A stretch of 64,000 nt of DNA. Origin: Bugula neritina (lineage: Eukaryota; Animalia; Bryozoa). The number at the start of each line of letters is the position of its first letter. Within the stretch, counting starts at the first letter, position 1. The notes under the pieces are model-generated. The model was not told the origin of the DNA and did no database searches. It saw nothing but the letters and a program-made list of their open reading frames with translations. Shown piece after piece: positions 1-16,000 of the stretch. Location: the NCBI GenBank assembly GCA_964035545.1, contig OZ037771.1, forward strand, positions 10,172,480 through 10,236,479, written 5' to 3'. The translations under genes and the position numbers were made by a program.

Positions 1-1080
1 CTAACATACTGATATTTAATGTTACACACTGAAATATACTAAAACATACTGAAATACACTGTAACACACCGAAATAAGCTGCAACATACTGCAACATACT
101 GAAATACACCGTAACATGATGAAGTACACTGCAACACATTGAAATACACTGCAACAAACTGAAATATACTGCAACATACTGAAATGCACTGCAACATACT
201 GAAATACATTGCAACATATCGAAGTATATCGTAATAAATGGACATGTACTGAAACATACTGAAACATACTGAAACATACTGAAACATACTGAAACATACT
301 GAAATACACTGTAACAAACTGAAATACACTGCAACAAGTTGGAATATACTGCAACATACCCAAGTATATGGTAATATAATGAAATGTACTGCAACATACC
401 GCAACATACTCAAAAACACTGTAACAAACTGAAATACGCTGCAACACATTGGAATAAACTGCGACATATCGAAATAAATGGTAATATACTGAAATATATT
501 GAAATACACTGTAACACATTGAAAAATACTGCAACATACTGAAACACACTACAACTCGCTGAAGTATAGTGTAACTTACTGAAATGTACTGTAACATAAT
601 GATATTTACTGCAACACACTGAAACATACTGCAACATACTGAAATACACTGTTACATACTAAAATACACTGCAACATACTAAAATACACTGCAACAACCT
701 GCAACATTCTGCAACATACTTCAACATACTGAAAAACACTGTAACAAACTGAAATACGCTGCAACACATTGGAATATACTGCAACATACCCAAATAAATG
801 GTAACATACTGAAATATACTGAAATACAATGTAACACATTGAAAAATACTGCAACACACTGAAAGACACTACAACTCACTGAAGTATAGTGTAATATATG
901 AAAACGTACTGTAACATACTGATATTTACTGCAACACACTGAAATATACTGCAACATACTGAAATACACTGTTACATGCCAAAATAAACTGCAACATACT
1001 GCAACATACTGAAATACACTGTAACATACTCAAATACACGGCAACATTCTGCAACATATTGAAATATACTGCAACACACT

Positions 1081-4000
1081 GAAATATACTGCAACACATC
1101 CAAGTAGACTGTAATATACGGACATGTACTGTAACATACTGAAACAAAATGAAATATACTGTAACACTCTGAGTAATACTGCAAAATGCTGAAATATACT
1201 GTAACACAGTGAAGTATACTGCAAAATTCTGAAACATACTGCAACATACTAAAACATGAGCAATATACTGAAAAATGCCTCAGCATACTCAAATATACTG
1301 CAAGATGCTGCAACATACGTAAATACACTGTAACATACTGAAATACACTGCAACATACTGCAGCATACTGAAGTACACTGTAAAATATTGAAATACACTG
1401 CAACACATTGGAATATACTGCAACACACTGAAATATACTGCAACATACTGAAATATACTGCAACATACTGCAACATACTAAAGTGCACTGTAACATACTG
1501 TAACTTACTGAAATACACGGCAACAAACTGTAACATACTGAAACACACTGAAACATACTGAAACATACTGAAACATACTGAGACATACTGAAATACACTG
1601 CAACATACTGAAACATACTGAAATATACTGAAATATACTAAAATACACTGGAACACATTGAAAAATACTGCAACATACTGAAAGACACTTCAACCCACTG
1701 AAGTATAGTGTAATATACGGAAATGTACTGTAACATACTGATATTTACTGTAACACACTGAAATATACTGCAACATACTGAAATACACTGTAACATACCG
1801 AAATAAACTGCAACATAATGCAACATACTGAATTACACTGTAACATACTAAAATACACTGCAACATTCTGCAACATACTTCAACGTACTGAAAGACACTG
1901 TAACATAATGAAATACACTGCAACACATTGAAATATACCGCAACAGACTGGAATATACTGCAACACATCCAAGTACATCGTAATATACGGACATGTACTG
2001 TAACATACTGGAACATACTGAAATACACTGCAACAAACTGTAACATACTGAAACACACTGAAACATACTGAAACATGCTGAAACATACTGTAACATACTG
2101 AAACACACTGAAACATACTGAAACATACTGAGACATACTGAAATACACTGCAACATACTGCAACATACTGAAATATGCTGAAATATACTGAAATACACTG
2201 TAACACATTGAAAAATACCGCAACATACTGAAAGACACTTCAACTCACTGAAGTATAGTGTAATATACGGAAATGTACTGTAACATACTGATATTTACTG
2301 TAACACACTGAAATATACTGCAACATACTGAAATACACTGTTACATGCCAAAATAAACTGCAACATACTGCAACATACTGAAATACACTGTAACATACTC
2401 AAATACACTGCAACATTCTGCAACATATTGAAATATACTGCAACACACTGAAATATACTGCAACACACTGAAATATACTGCAAAACACTGAAATATACTT
2501 CAACATACTGCAACATACTGAAAGACACTACAACTCACTGAAGTATAGTGCAATATACAGAAATGTACTCTAACATACTGATATTTAATGTTACACACTG
2601 AAATATACTACAACATACTGAAATACACTGTAACATACCGAAATAAGCTGCAACATACTGCAACATACTGAAATACACTGTAACATGATGAAGTACACTG
2701 CAAAACATTGAAATACACTGCAACAAACTGAAATATACTGCAACACATCCAAGTAGACTGTAATATACGGACATGTACTGTAACATACTGAAACAAAATG
2801 AAATATACTGTAACACTCTGAGTAATACTGCAAAATGCTGAAATATACTGTAACACAGTGAAGTATACTGCAAAATTCTGAAACATACTGCAACATACTA
2901 AAACATGAGCCATATACTGAAAAATGCCTCAGCATACTCAAATATACTGCAAGATGCTGCAACATACGTAAATACACTGTAACATACTGAAATACACTGC
3001 AACATACTGCAGCATAGTGAAGTACACTGTAAAATATTGAAATACACTGCAACACATTGGAATATACTGCAACACACTGAAATATACTGCAACATACTGA
3101 AATATACTGCAACATACTGCAACATACTAAAGTGCACTGTAGCATACTGTAACTTACTGAAATACACTGCAACAAACTGTAACATACTGAAACACACTGA
3201 AACATACTGAAACATACTGAAACATACTGTAAGATACTGAAACACACTGAAACATACTGAAACATACTGAGACATACTGAAATACACTGCAACATACTGA
3301 AACATACTGAAATATACTGAAATATACTAAAATACACTGGAACACATTGAAAAATACTGCAACATACTGAAAGACACTTCAACCCACTGAAGTATAGTGT
3401 AATATACGGAAATGTACTGTAACATACTGATATTTACTGTAACACACTAAAATATACTGCAACATACTGAAATACACTGTAACATACCGAAATAAACTGC
3501 AACATAATGCAACATACTGAATTACACTGTAACATACTAAAATACACTGCAACATTCTGCAACATACTTCAACGTACTGAAAGACACTGTAACATAATGA
3601 AATACACTGCAACACATTGAAATATACCGCAACAGACTGGAATATACTGCAACACATCCAAGTACATCGTAATATACGGACATGTACTGTAACATACTGG
3701 AACATACAGAAATACACTGCAACAAACTGTAACATACTGAAACACACTGAAACATACTGAAACATACTGAAACATACTGTAACATACTGAAACACACTGA
3801 AACATACTGAAACATACTGAGACATACTGAAATACACTGCAACATACTGCAACATACTGAAATATACTGAAATATACTGAAATACACTCTAACACATTGA
3901 AAAATACCGCAACATACTGAAAGACACTTCAACTCACTGAAGTATAGTGTAATATACGGAAATGTACTGTAACATACTGATATTTACTGTAACACACTGA

Positions 4001-4420
4001 AATGAACTGCAACATACTGAAATACACTGTTACATGCCAAAATAAACTGCAACATACTGCAACATACTGAAATACACTGTAACATACTCAAATACACTGC
4101 AACATTCTGCAACATATTGAAATATACTGCAACACACTGAAATATACTGCAACACACTGAAATATACTGCAAAATACTGAAATATACTTCAACATACTGC
4201 AACATACTGAAAGACACTACAACTCACTGAAGTATAGTGCAATATACAGAAATGTACTCTAACATACTGATATTTAATGTTACACACTGAAATATACTAA
4301 AACATACTGAAATACACTGTAACATACCGAAATAAGCTGCAACATACTGCAACATACTGAAATACACTGTAACATGATGAAGTACACTGCAACACATTGA
4401 AATACACTGCAACAAACTGA
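1081..4420 (+). repeat. Higher-order tandem duplication, 2 copies, offset 1649 bp rising to 1689 bp
   Basis: GAAACAAAAT..GTAACACTCTGAGTAATACT at 1141 and 2790 (offset 1649). ORF-track pairs 1249/2898 (1649), 1848/3537 and 2295/3984 (1689). The extra 40 bp are four monomers in a GAAACATACT-rich run near 3200-3260. Confidence 0.88.
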
Positions 4421-4468
4421 AATATACTGCAACATACTGAAATGTACTGCAACATACTGAAATACATT

Positions 4469-4508
4469 GCAACATATCGAAGTATATCGTAATAAACGGA
4501 CATGTACT
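4469..4508 (+). other. Example of recurrent CpG cassette GCAACATATC GAAGTATATC GTAAT[A/T]AACG GACATGTACT that punctuates the ~240-bp subunits
   Basis: Seen directly at 4479, 4709, 4949, 16485, 16725, 16965 and throughout the array. It carries three CpGs plus TCGA and ACATGT palindromes. Function unknown. Confidence 0.85.
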
Positions 4509-5078
4509 GAAACATACTGAAACACACTGAAACATACGGAAACATACTGAAACATACTGAAATACACTGCGACAAACTGCAACATACTGAAACATACTGT
4601 AACATGATGAAAAACACTGCAACACATTGAAATATACTGCAACAAACTGAAATATACTGCAACATACTGAAACGTACTGCAACATACTGAAACTAATTGC
4701 AACATATCGAAGTATATCGTAAAATACGGACATGTACTGTAACATACTGAAACACACTGAAACATACTGAAACATACTGAAACATACTGAAACATACTGA
4801 GATACACTGCAACATACTGCAACATACTGAAATACACTGTAACATGATGAAATACACTGCAACACATTGGAATATACTGCAACAAACTGGAATATACTGC
4901 AACATACTGAAATGTGCTGCAACATACTGAAATACATTGCAATATATCGAAGTATATCGTAATATACGGACATGTACTGTAACATACTGAAACACACTGA
5001 AACATACTGAAACATACTAAAATATACTGAAACATACTGAAATACACTGTAACACATTGAAAAATGCTGCAACATACT

Positions 5079-5148
5079 GAAGGACACTTCAACTCACTGA
5101 AGTATAGTGTAATATACAGAAATGTACTGTAACATACTGATATTTACT
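5079..5148 (+). other. Example of recurrent cassette GAA[A/G]GACACT [T/A]CAACTCACT GAAGTATAGT G[T/C]AATATAC.. GAAATGTACT ..GATATTTA
   Basis: Seen directly dozens of times (e.g. 861, 1680, 2230, 5079, 5599, 5859). Its TCA/CTA/TTA triplets supply most of the minus-strand stop codons that end the spurious ORFs. Confidence 0.85.
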
Positions 5149-8100
5149 ATAACACACTGAAATATACTGCAACATACTGAAATACACTGTAACATACCGA
5201 AATAAACTGCAACATAATGCAACATACTGAATTACACTGTAACATACTAAAATACACTGCAACATTCTGCAACATACTTCAACGTACTGAAAGACACTGT
5301 AACATAGTGAAATACACTGCAACACATTGAAATATACCGCAACAGACAGGAATATACTGCAACACATCCAAGTACATAGTAGTATACGGACATGTACTGT
5401 AACATACTGGAACATACTGAAACATACTGCAACATTCTGAAGTACACTGTAAGATATTGAAATACACCGCAACAAACTGCAACATATTGAAGTACACTGT
5501 ACATATTGAAAAACACTGCAACACACTGAAATATACTGCAACACACTGAAATATACTGCAAATAAACTGAATTATACTTCAACATACTGCAACATACTGA
5601 AAGACACTACAACTCACTGAAGTATAGTGCAATATACAGAAATGTATTCTAACATACTGATATTTAATGTTACACACTGAAATATACTACAACATACTGA
5701 AATACACTGCAACATACCGAAATAAGCTGCAACATACTGCAACATACTGAAATACACTGTAACATGATGTAGTACACTGCAACACATTGAAATATACTGC
5801 AACACACTGAAATATACTGCAAAATACTGAATTATACTTCAACATACTGCAACATACTGAAAGACACTACAACTCACTGAAGTATAGTGCAATATACAGA
5901 AATGTACTCTAACATACTGATATTTAATGTTACACACTGAAATATACTACAACATACTGAAATACACTGTAACATACCGAAATAAGCTGCAACATACTGC
6001 AACATACTGAAATACACTGTAACATGATGAAGTACACTGCAACACATTGAAATACACTGCAACAAACTGAAATATACTGCATCATACTGAAATGTACTGC
6101 AACATACTGAAATACATTGCAACATATCGAAGTATATCGTAATAAACGGACATGTACTGAAACATACTGAAACACACTGAAACATACTGAAACATACTGA
6201 AACATACTGAAATACACTGCAACAAACTGCAACATACTGAAACATACTGTAACATGATGAAAAACACTGCAACACATTGAAATATACTGCAACAAACTGA
6301 AATATACTGCAACATACTGAAACGTACTGCAACATACTGAAACTAATTGCAACATATCGAAGTATATCGTAAAATACGGACATGTACTGTAACATACTGA
6401 AACACACTGAAACATACTGAAACATACTGAAACATACTGAAACATACTGAGATACACTGCAACATACTGCAACATACTGAAATACACTGTAACATGATGA
6501 AATACACTGCAACACATTGGAATATACTGCAACAAACTGGAATATACTGCAACATACTGAAACGTGCTGCAACATACTGAAATACATTGCAATATATCGA
6601 AGTATATCGTAATATACGGACATGTACTGTAACATACTGAAACACACTGAAACATACTGAAACATACTAAAATATACTGAAACATACTGAAATACACTGT
6701 AACACATTGAAAAATACTGCAACATACTGAAGGACACTTCAACTCACTGAAGTATAGTGTAATATACAGAAATGTACTGTAACATACTGATATTTACTGT
6801 AACACACTGAAATATACTGCAACATACTGAAATACACTGTAACATACCGAAATAAGCTGCAACATAATGCAACATACTGAATTACACTGTAACATACTAA
6901 AATACACTGCAACATTCTGCAACATACTTCAACGTACTGAAAGACACTGTAACATAATGAAATACACTGCAACACATTGAAATATACCGCAACAGACAGG
7001 AATATACTGCAACACATCCAAGTACATAGTAGTATACGGACATGTACTGTAACATACTGGAACATACTGAAACATACTGCAACATTCTGAAGTACACTGT
7101 AAAATGTTGAAATACACCGCAACAAACTGCAACATATTGAAGTACACTGTACATATTGAAAAACACTGCAACACACTGAAATATACTGCAACACACTGAA
7201 ATATACTGCAAAAAAACTGAATTATTCTTCAACATACTGCAACATACTGAAAGACACTACAACTCACTGAAGTATAGTACAATATACAGAAATGTATTCT
7301 AACATACTGATATTTAATGTTACACACTGAAATATACTACAACATACTGAAATACACTGCAACATACCGAAATAAGCTGCAACATACTGCAACATACTGA
7401 AATACACTGTAACATGATGTAGTACACTGCAACACATTGAAATATACTGCAACACAATGAAATATACTGCAAAATACTGAATTATACTTCAACATACTGC
7501 AACATACTGAAAGACACTACAACTCACTGAAGTATAGTGCAATATACAGAAATGTACTCTAACATACTGATGTTTAATGTTACACACTGAAATATACTAC
7601 AACATACTGAAATACACTGTAACATACCGAAATAAGCTGCAACATACTGCAACATACTGAAATACACTGTAACATGATGAAGTACACTGCAACACATTGA
7701 AATACACTGCAACAAACTGAAATATACTGCATCATACTGAAATGTACTGCAACATACTGAAATACATTGCAACATATCGAAGTATATCGTAATAAACGGA
7801 CATGTACTGAAACATACTGAAACACACTGAAACATACTGAAACATACTGAAACATACTGAAATACACTGCAACAAACTGCAACATACTGAAACATACTGT
7901 AACATGATGAAAAACACTGCAACACATTGAAATATACTGCAACAAACTGAAATATACTGCAACATACTGAAACGTACTGCAACATACTGAAACTAATTGC
8001 AACATATCGAAGTATATCGTAAAATACGGACATGTACTGTAACATACTGAAACACACTGAAACATACTGAAACATACTGAAACATACTGAAACATACTGA

Positions 8101-11100
8101 GATACACTGCAACATACTGCAACATACTGAAATACACTGTAGCATGATGAAATACACTGCAACACATTGGAATATACTGCAACAAACTGGAATATACTGC
8201 AACATACTGAAATGTGCTGCAACATACTGAAATACATTGCAATATATCGAAGTATATCGTAATATACGGACATGTACTGTAACATACTGAAACACACTGA
8301 AACATACTGAAACATACTAAAATATACTGAAACATACTGAAATACACTGTAACACGTTGAAAAATACTGCAACATACTGAAGGACACTTCAACTCACTGA
8401 AGTATAGTGTAATATACAGAAATGTACTGTAACATACTGATATTTACTGTAACACACTGAAATATACTGCAACATACTGAAATACACTGTAACATACCGA
8501 AATAAACTGCAACATAATGCAACATACTGAATTACACTGTAACATACTAAAATACACTGCAACATTCTGCAACATACTTCAACGTACTGAAAGACACTGT
8601 AACATAATGAAATACACTGCAACACATTGAAATATACCGCAACAGACAGGAATATACTGCAACACATCCAAGTACATAGTAGTATACGGACATGTACTGT
8701 AACATACTGGAACATACTGAAACATACTGCAACATTCTGAAGTACACTGTAAGATATTGAAATACACCGCAACAAACTGCAACATATTGAAGTACACTGT
8801 ACATATTGAAAAACACTGCAACACACTGAAATATACTGCAACACACTGAAATATATTGCAAAAAAACTGAATTATACTTCAACATACTGCAACATACTGA
8901 AAGACACTACAACTCACTGAAGTATAGTGCAATATACAGAAATGTATTCTAACATACTGATATTTAATGTTACACACTGAAATATACTACAACATACTGA
9001 AATACACTGCAACATACCGAAATAAGCTGCAACATACTGCAACATACTGAAATACACTGTAACATGATGTAGTACACTGCAACACATTGAAATATACTGC
9101 AACACACTGAAATATACTGCAAAATACTGAATTATACTTCAACATACTGCAACATACTGAAAGACACTACAACTCACTGAAGTATAGTGCAATATACAGA
9201 AATGTACTCTAACATACTGATATTTAATGTTACACACTGAAATATACTACAACATACTGAAATACACTGTAACATACCGAAATAAGCTGCAACATACTGC
9301 AACATACTGAAGTACACTGTAAAATATTCAAATACACTGCAACACATTGAAATACACTGCAACACACTGAAATATACTGCAACATACTGAAATGTACTTC
9401 AACATAATGAAAAACACTGCAACATATCAAAGTATATCGTAATACACAGACATGTACTGTAACATACTGGAACATACTGAAACATACTGAAACATACTGA
9501 AACATACTGAAATACACTGTAACAAACTGAAATACACTGCAACAAGTTGGAATATACTGCAACATACCCAAGTATATGGTAATATAATGAAATATACTGC
9601 AAAATACCGCAACATACTGAAAAACACTGTAACAAACTGAAATACGCTGCAACACATTGGAATATACTGCAACATACCCAAATAAATGGTAACATATTGA
9701 AATATACTGAAATACAATGTAACACATTGAAAAATACTGCAAGACACTGAAAGACACTACAACTCACTGAAGTATAGTGTAATATACGAAAATGTACTGT
9801 AACATACTGATATTTACTGCAACACACTGAAAAATACTGCAACATACTGAAATACACTGTTACATGCCAAAATAAACTGCAACATACTGCAACATACTGA
9901 AATACACTCTAACATACTCAAATACACTGCAACATTCTGCAACATATTGAAATATACTGCAACACACTGAAATATACTGCAACACACTGAAATATACTGC
10001 AAAATACTGAAATATACTTCAACATACTGCAACATACTGAAAGACACTACAACTCACTGAAGTATAGTGCAATATACAGAAATGTACTCTAACATACTGA
10101 TATTTATTGTTACACACTGAAATATACTACAACATACTGAAATACACTGTAACATACCGAAATAAGCTGCAACATACTGCAACATACTGAAATACACTGT
10201 AACATGATGAAGTACACTGCAACACATTGAAATACACTGCAACAAACTGAAATATACTGCAACATACTGAAATGTACTGCAACATACTGAAATACATTGC
10301 AACATATCGAAGTATATCGTAAGAAACGGACATGTACTGAAACATACTGAAACACACTGAAACATACTGAAACATACTGAAACATACTGAAACATACTGA
10401 AATACACTGCAACAAACTGCAACATACTGAAACATACTGTAACATGATGAAAAACACTGCAACACATTGAAATATACTGCAACAAACTGAAATATACTGC
10501 AACATACTGAAACGTACTGCAACATACTGAAACTAATTGCAACATATCAAAGTATATCGTAAAATACGGACATGTACTGTAACATACTGAAACACACTGA
10601 AACATACTGAAACATACTGAAACATACTGAAACATACTGAGATACACTGCAACATACTGCAACATACTGAAATACACTGTAACATGATGAAATACACTGC
10701 AACACATTGAAATATACTGCAACAAACTGAAATATACTGCAACATACTGAAACGTGCTGCAACATACTGAAATACATTGCAATATGTCGAAGTATATCGT
10801 AATATACGGACATGTACTGTAACATACTGAAACACACTGAAACATACTGAAACATACTGAAATATACTGAAATATACTGAAATACACTGTAACACATTGA
10901 AAAATACTGCAACATACTGAAGGACACTTCAACTCACTGAAGTATAGTGTAATATACAGAAATGTACTGTAACATACTGATATTTACTGTAACACACTGA
11001 AATATACTGCAACATACTGAAATACACTGTAACATACCGAAATAAACTGCAACATAATGCAACATACTGAATTACACTGTAACATACTAAAATACACTGC

Positions 11101-13029
11101 AACATTCTGCAACATACTTCAACGTACTGAAAGACACTGTAACATAATGAAATACACTGCAACACATTAAAATATACCGCAACAGACTGGAATATACTGC
11201 AACACATCTAAGTATATCGTAATATACGGACATGTACTGTAACATACTGGAACATACTGAAACATACTGCAACATTCTGAAGTACACTGCAAAATATTGA
11301 AATACACCGCAACAAACTGCAACATACTGAAGTACACTGTACATATTGAAAAACACTGCAACACACTGAAATATACTGCAAAATACTGAATTATACTTCA
11401 ACATACTGCAACATACTGAAAGACACTACAACTCACTGAAGTATAGTGCAATATACAGAAATGTATTCTAACATACTGATATTTAATGTTACACACTGAA
11501 ATATACTACAACATACTGAAATACACTGCAACATACCGAAATAAGCTGCAACATACTGCAACATACTGAAATACACTGTAACATGATGTAGTACACTGCA
11601 ACACATTGAAATATACTGCAACAAACTGAAATATACTGCAACATACTGAAACGTACTGCAACATACTGAAACTAATTGCAACATATCGAAGTATATCGTA
11701 AAATACGGACATGTACTGTAACATACTGAAACACACTGAAACATACTGAAAGATACTGAAACATAGTGAAACATACTGAGATACACTGCAACAAACTGCA
11801 ACATACTGAAACATACTGTAACATGATGAAATACACTGAAACACATTGAAATATACTGCAACAAACTGAAATATACAGCAGCATACTGAAACGTACTGCA
11901 ACATACTGAAATTAATTGCAACATATCAAAGTATATCGTAATATACGGACATGTACTGTAACATACTGAAACACACTGAAACATACTGAAACATACTGAA
12001 ACATGCTGAAACATACTGTGATACACTGCAACATACTGCAACATACTGAAATACACTGTAACATGATGAAATACACTGCAACACATTGAAATATACTGCA
12101 ACAAACTGAAATATACTGCAACATACTGAAACCTGCTGCAACATACTGAAATACATTGCAATATATCGAAGTATATCGTAATATACGGACACGTACTGTA
12201 ACATACTGAAACATACTAAAATATACTGAAACATACTGAAATACACTGTAACACATTGAAAAATACTGCAACATACTGAAGGACACTTCAACTCACTGAA
12301 GTATAGTGTAATAGACAGAAATGTACTGTAACATACTGATATTTACTGTAACACACTGAAATATACTGCAACATACTGAAATACACTGTAACATACCGAA
12401 ATAAACTGCAACATAATGCAACATACTGAATTACACTGTAACATACTAAAATACACTGCAACATTCTGCAACATACTTCAACGTATTGAAAGACACTGTA
12501 ACATAATGAAATACACTGCAACACATTGAAATATACCGCAACAGACAGGAATATACTGCAACACATCCAAGTACATAGTAGTATACGGACATGTACTGTA
12601 ACATACTGGAACATACTGAAACATACTGCAACATTCTGAAGTACACTGTAAAATATTGAAATACACCGCAACAAACTGCAACATATTGAAGTACACTGTA
12701 CATATTGAAAAACACTGCAACACACTGAAATATACTGCAACACACTGAAATATACTGCAAAAAAACTGAATTATACTTCAACATACTGCAACATACTGAA
12801 AGACACTACAACTCACTGAAGTATAGTGCAATATACAGAAATGTATTCTAACATACTGATATTTAATGTTACACACTGAAATATACTACAACATACTGAA
12901 ATACACTGCAACATACCGAAATAAGCTGCAACATACTGCAACATACTGAAATACACTGTAACATGATGTAGTACACTGCAACACATTGAAATATACTGCA
13001 ACACACTGAAATATACTGCAAAATACTGA

Positions 13030-16000
13030 ATTATACTTCAACATACTGCAACATACTGAAAGACACTACAACTCACTGAAGTATAGTGCAATATACAGAA
13101 ATGTACTCTAACATACTGATATTTAATGTTACACACTGAAATATACTACAACATACTGAAATACACTGTAACATACCGAAATAAGCTGCAACATACTGCA
13201 ACATACTGAAATACACTGTAACATGATGAAGTACACTGCAACACATTGAAATACACTGCAACAAACTGAAATATACTGCATCATACTGAAATGTACTGCA
13301 ACATACTGAAATACATTGCAACATATCGAAGTATATCGTAATAAACGGACATGTACTGAAACATACTGAAACACACTGAAACATACTGAAACATACTGAA
13401 TTATACTGAAATACACTGCAACAAACTGCAACATACTGAAACATACTGTAACATGATGAAAAACACTGCAACACATTGAAATATACTGCAACAAACTGAA
13501 ATATACTGCAACATACTGAAACGTACTGCAACATACTGAAACTAATTGCAACATATCGAAGTATATCGTAAAATACGGACATGTACTGTAACATACTGAA
13601 ACACACTGAAACATACTGAAACATACTGAAACATACTGAAACATACTGAGATACACTGCAACATACTGCAACATACTGAAATACACTGTAACATGATGAA
13701 ATACACTGCAACACATTGGAATATACTGCAACAAACTGGAATATACTGCAACATACTGAAACGTGCTGCAACATACAGAAATACATTGCAATATATCGAA
13801 GTATATCGTAATATACGGACATGTACTGCAACATACTGAAACACACTGAAACATACTGAAACATACTGAAATATACTGAAATATACTGAAATACACTGTA
13901 ACACATTGAAAAATACTGCAACATACTGAAGAACACTTCAACTCACTGAAGTATAGTCTAATGTACAGAAATGTACTGTAACATACTGATATTTACTGTA
14001 ACACACTGAAATATACTGCAACATACTGAAATACACTGTAACATACCGAAATAAACTGCAACATAATGCAACATACTGAATTACACTGTAACATACTAAA
14101 ATACACTGCAACATTCTGCAACATACTTCAACGTACTGAAAGACACTGTAACATAATGAAATACACTGCAACACATTGAAATATACCGCAACAGACTGGA
14201 ATATACTGCAACACATCCAAGTACATAGTAATATACGGACATGTACTGTAACATACTGGAACATACTGAAACAAACAGCAACATTCTGAAGTACACTGTA
14301 AAATATTAAAATACACCGCAACAAACTGCAACATATTGAAGTACACTGTACATATTGAAAAACACTGCAACACACTGAAATATACTGCAACACACTGAAA
14401 TATACTGCAAAATACTGAATTATACTTCAACATACTGCAACATACTGAAAGACACTACAACTCACTGAAGCATAGTGCAATATACAGAAATGTATTCTAA
14501 CATACTGATATTTAATGTTACACACTGAAATATACTACAACATACTGAAATACACTGCAACATACCGAAATAAGCTGCAACATACTGCAACATACTGAAA
14601 TACACTGTAACATGATGTAGTACACTGCAACACATTGAAATATACTGCAACAAACTGAAATATACTGCAACATACTGAAATGTACTGCAACATACTGAAA
14701 TACATGGCAACATATCGAAGTATATCGTAATAAACGGACATGTACTGTAACATACTGAAACACACTGAAACATACTGAAACATACTGAAACATACTGAAA
14801 CATACTGAAATACACTGCAACATACTGCAACATACTGAAACATACTGTAACATTATGAAATACACTGCAACACATTGAAATATACTGCAACAAACTGAAA
14901 TATACTGCAACATACTAAAACGTACTGCAACATACTGAAATACATTGCAACATATCGAAGTATATCGTAATATACGGACATGTACTGAAACATACTGAAA
15001 CATACTGAGATACACTGCAACATACTGCAACATACTGAAATACACTGTAACATGATGAAATACACTGCAACACATTGAAATATACTGCAACAAACTGAAA
15101 TATACTGCAACATACTGAAACGTACTGCAACATACTGAAATACATTGCAACATATCGAAGTATGTCGTAATATACGGACATGTACTTTAACATACTGAAA
15201 CACACTGAAACATACTGAAACCTACTGAAATATACTGAAATGTACTGAAATACACTGTAACACATTGAAAAATACTGCAACATTCTGCAACATAGTTCAA
15301 CGTACTGAATACACTGTAACATAATGAATCACACTGCAACATACTGCAACATACTGAAATATACTGTAACATACTGAAACATGAGCAATATACTGAAAGA
15401 TGCCTCAACATACTCAAATACACTGCAAGAAACTGCAACATACGTAAATACACTGTAACATACTGAAATACACTGAAACATACTGCAACATACTGAAGTA
15501 CACTGTAAAATATTCAAATACACAGCAACACATTGAAATACACTGCAACACACTGAAATATACTGCAACATACTGAAATGTACTTCAACATAATGAAAAA
15601 CACTGCAACATATCAAAGTATATCGTAATACACAGACATGTACTGTAACATACTGAAACATACTGAAACATACTGAAACATACTGAAATACACTGTAACA
15701 AACTGAAATACACTGCAACAAGTTGGAATATACTGCAACATACCCAAGTATATGGTAATATAATGAAATATACTGCAAAATACCGCAACATACTGAAAAA
15801 CACTGTAACAAACTGAAATACGCTGCAACACATTGGAATATACTGCAACATACCCAAATAAATGGTAACATATTGAAATATACTGAAATACAATGTAACA
15901 CATTGAAAAATACTGCAAGACACTGAAAGACACTACAACTCACTGAAGTATAGTGTAATATACGAAAATGTACTGTAACATACTGATATTTACTGCAACA

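Larger units (their letters stand above)
4150..9308 (+). repeat. 1650-bp higher-order repeat, 3 tandem copies
   Basis: Near-identical ORF sets at 4224/5874/7524(/9174), 5089/6739/8389 and 5614/7264/8914. Diagnostic GAAGGACACT at 5079, 6729, 8379 and ACAGACAGGAA at about 5342, 6992, 8642. A further partial copy lies at about 12200-13900. Confidence 0.93.

Noticed and set aside
861-930. Recurrent conserved cassettes as CRISPR direct repeats
   Set aside because: The intervening sequences are 100-900 bp of the same satellite rather than unique 25-45-bp spacers, and there are no cas genes or leader.
1255-1295. ATGAGCAATATACTGAAAAATGCCTCAGC as a foreign insert, transposon footprint or hairpin
   Set aside because: It still parses as diverged monomers (9+10+10+10 bp). 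The TGAGCA/TGCCTCA dyad is short and imperfect, and there is no target-site duplication or terminal repeat.
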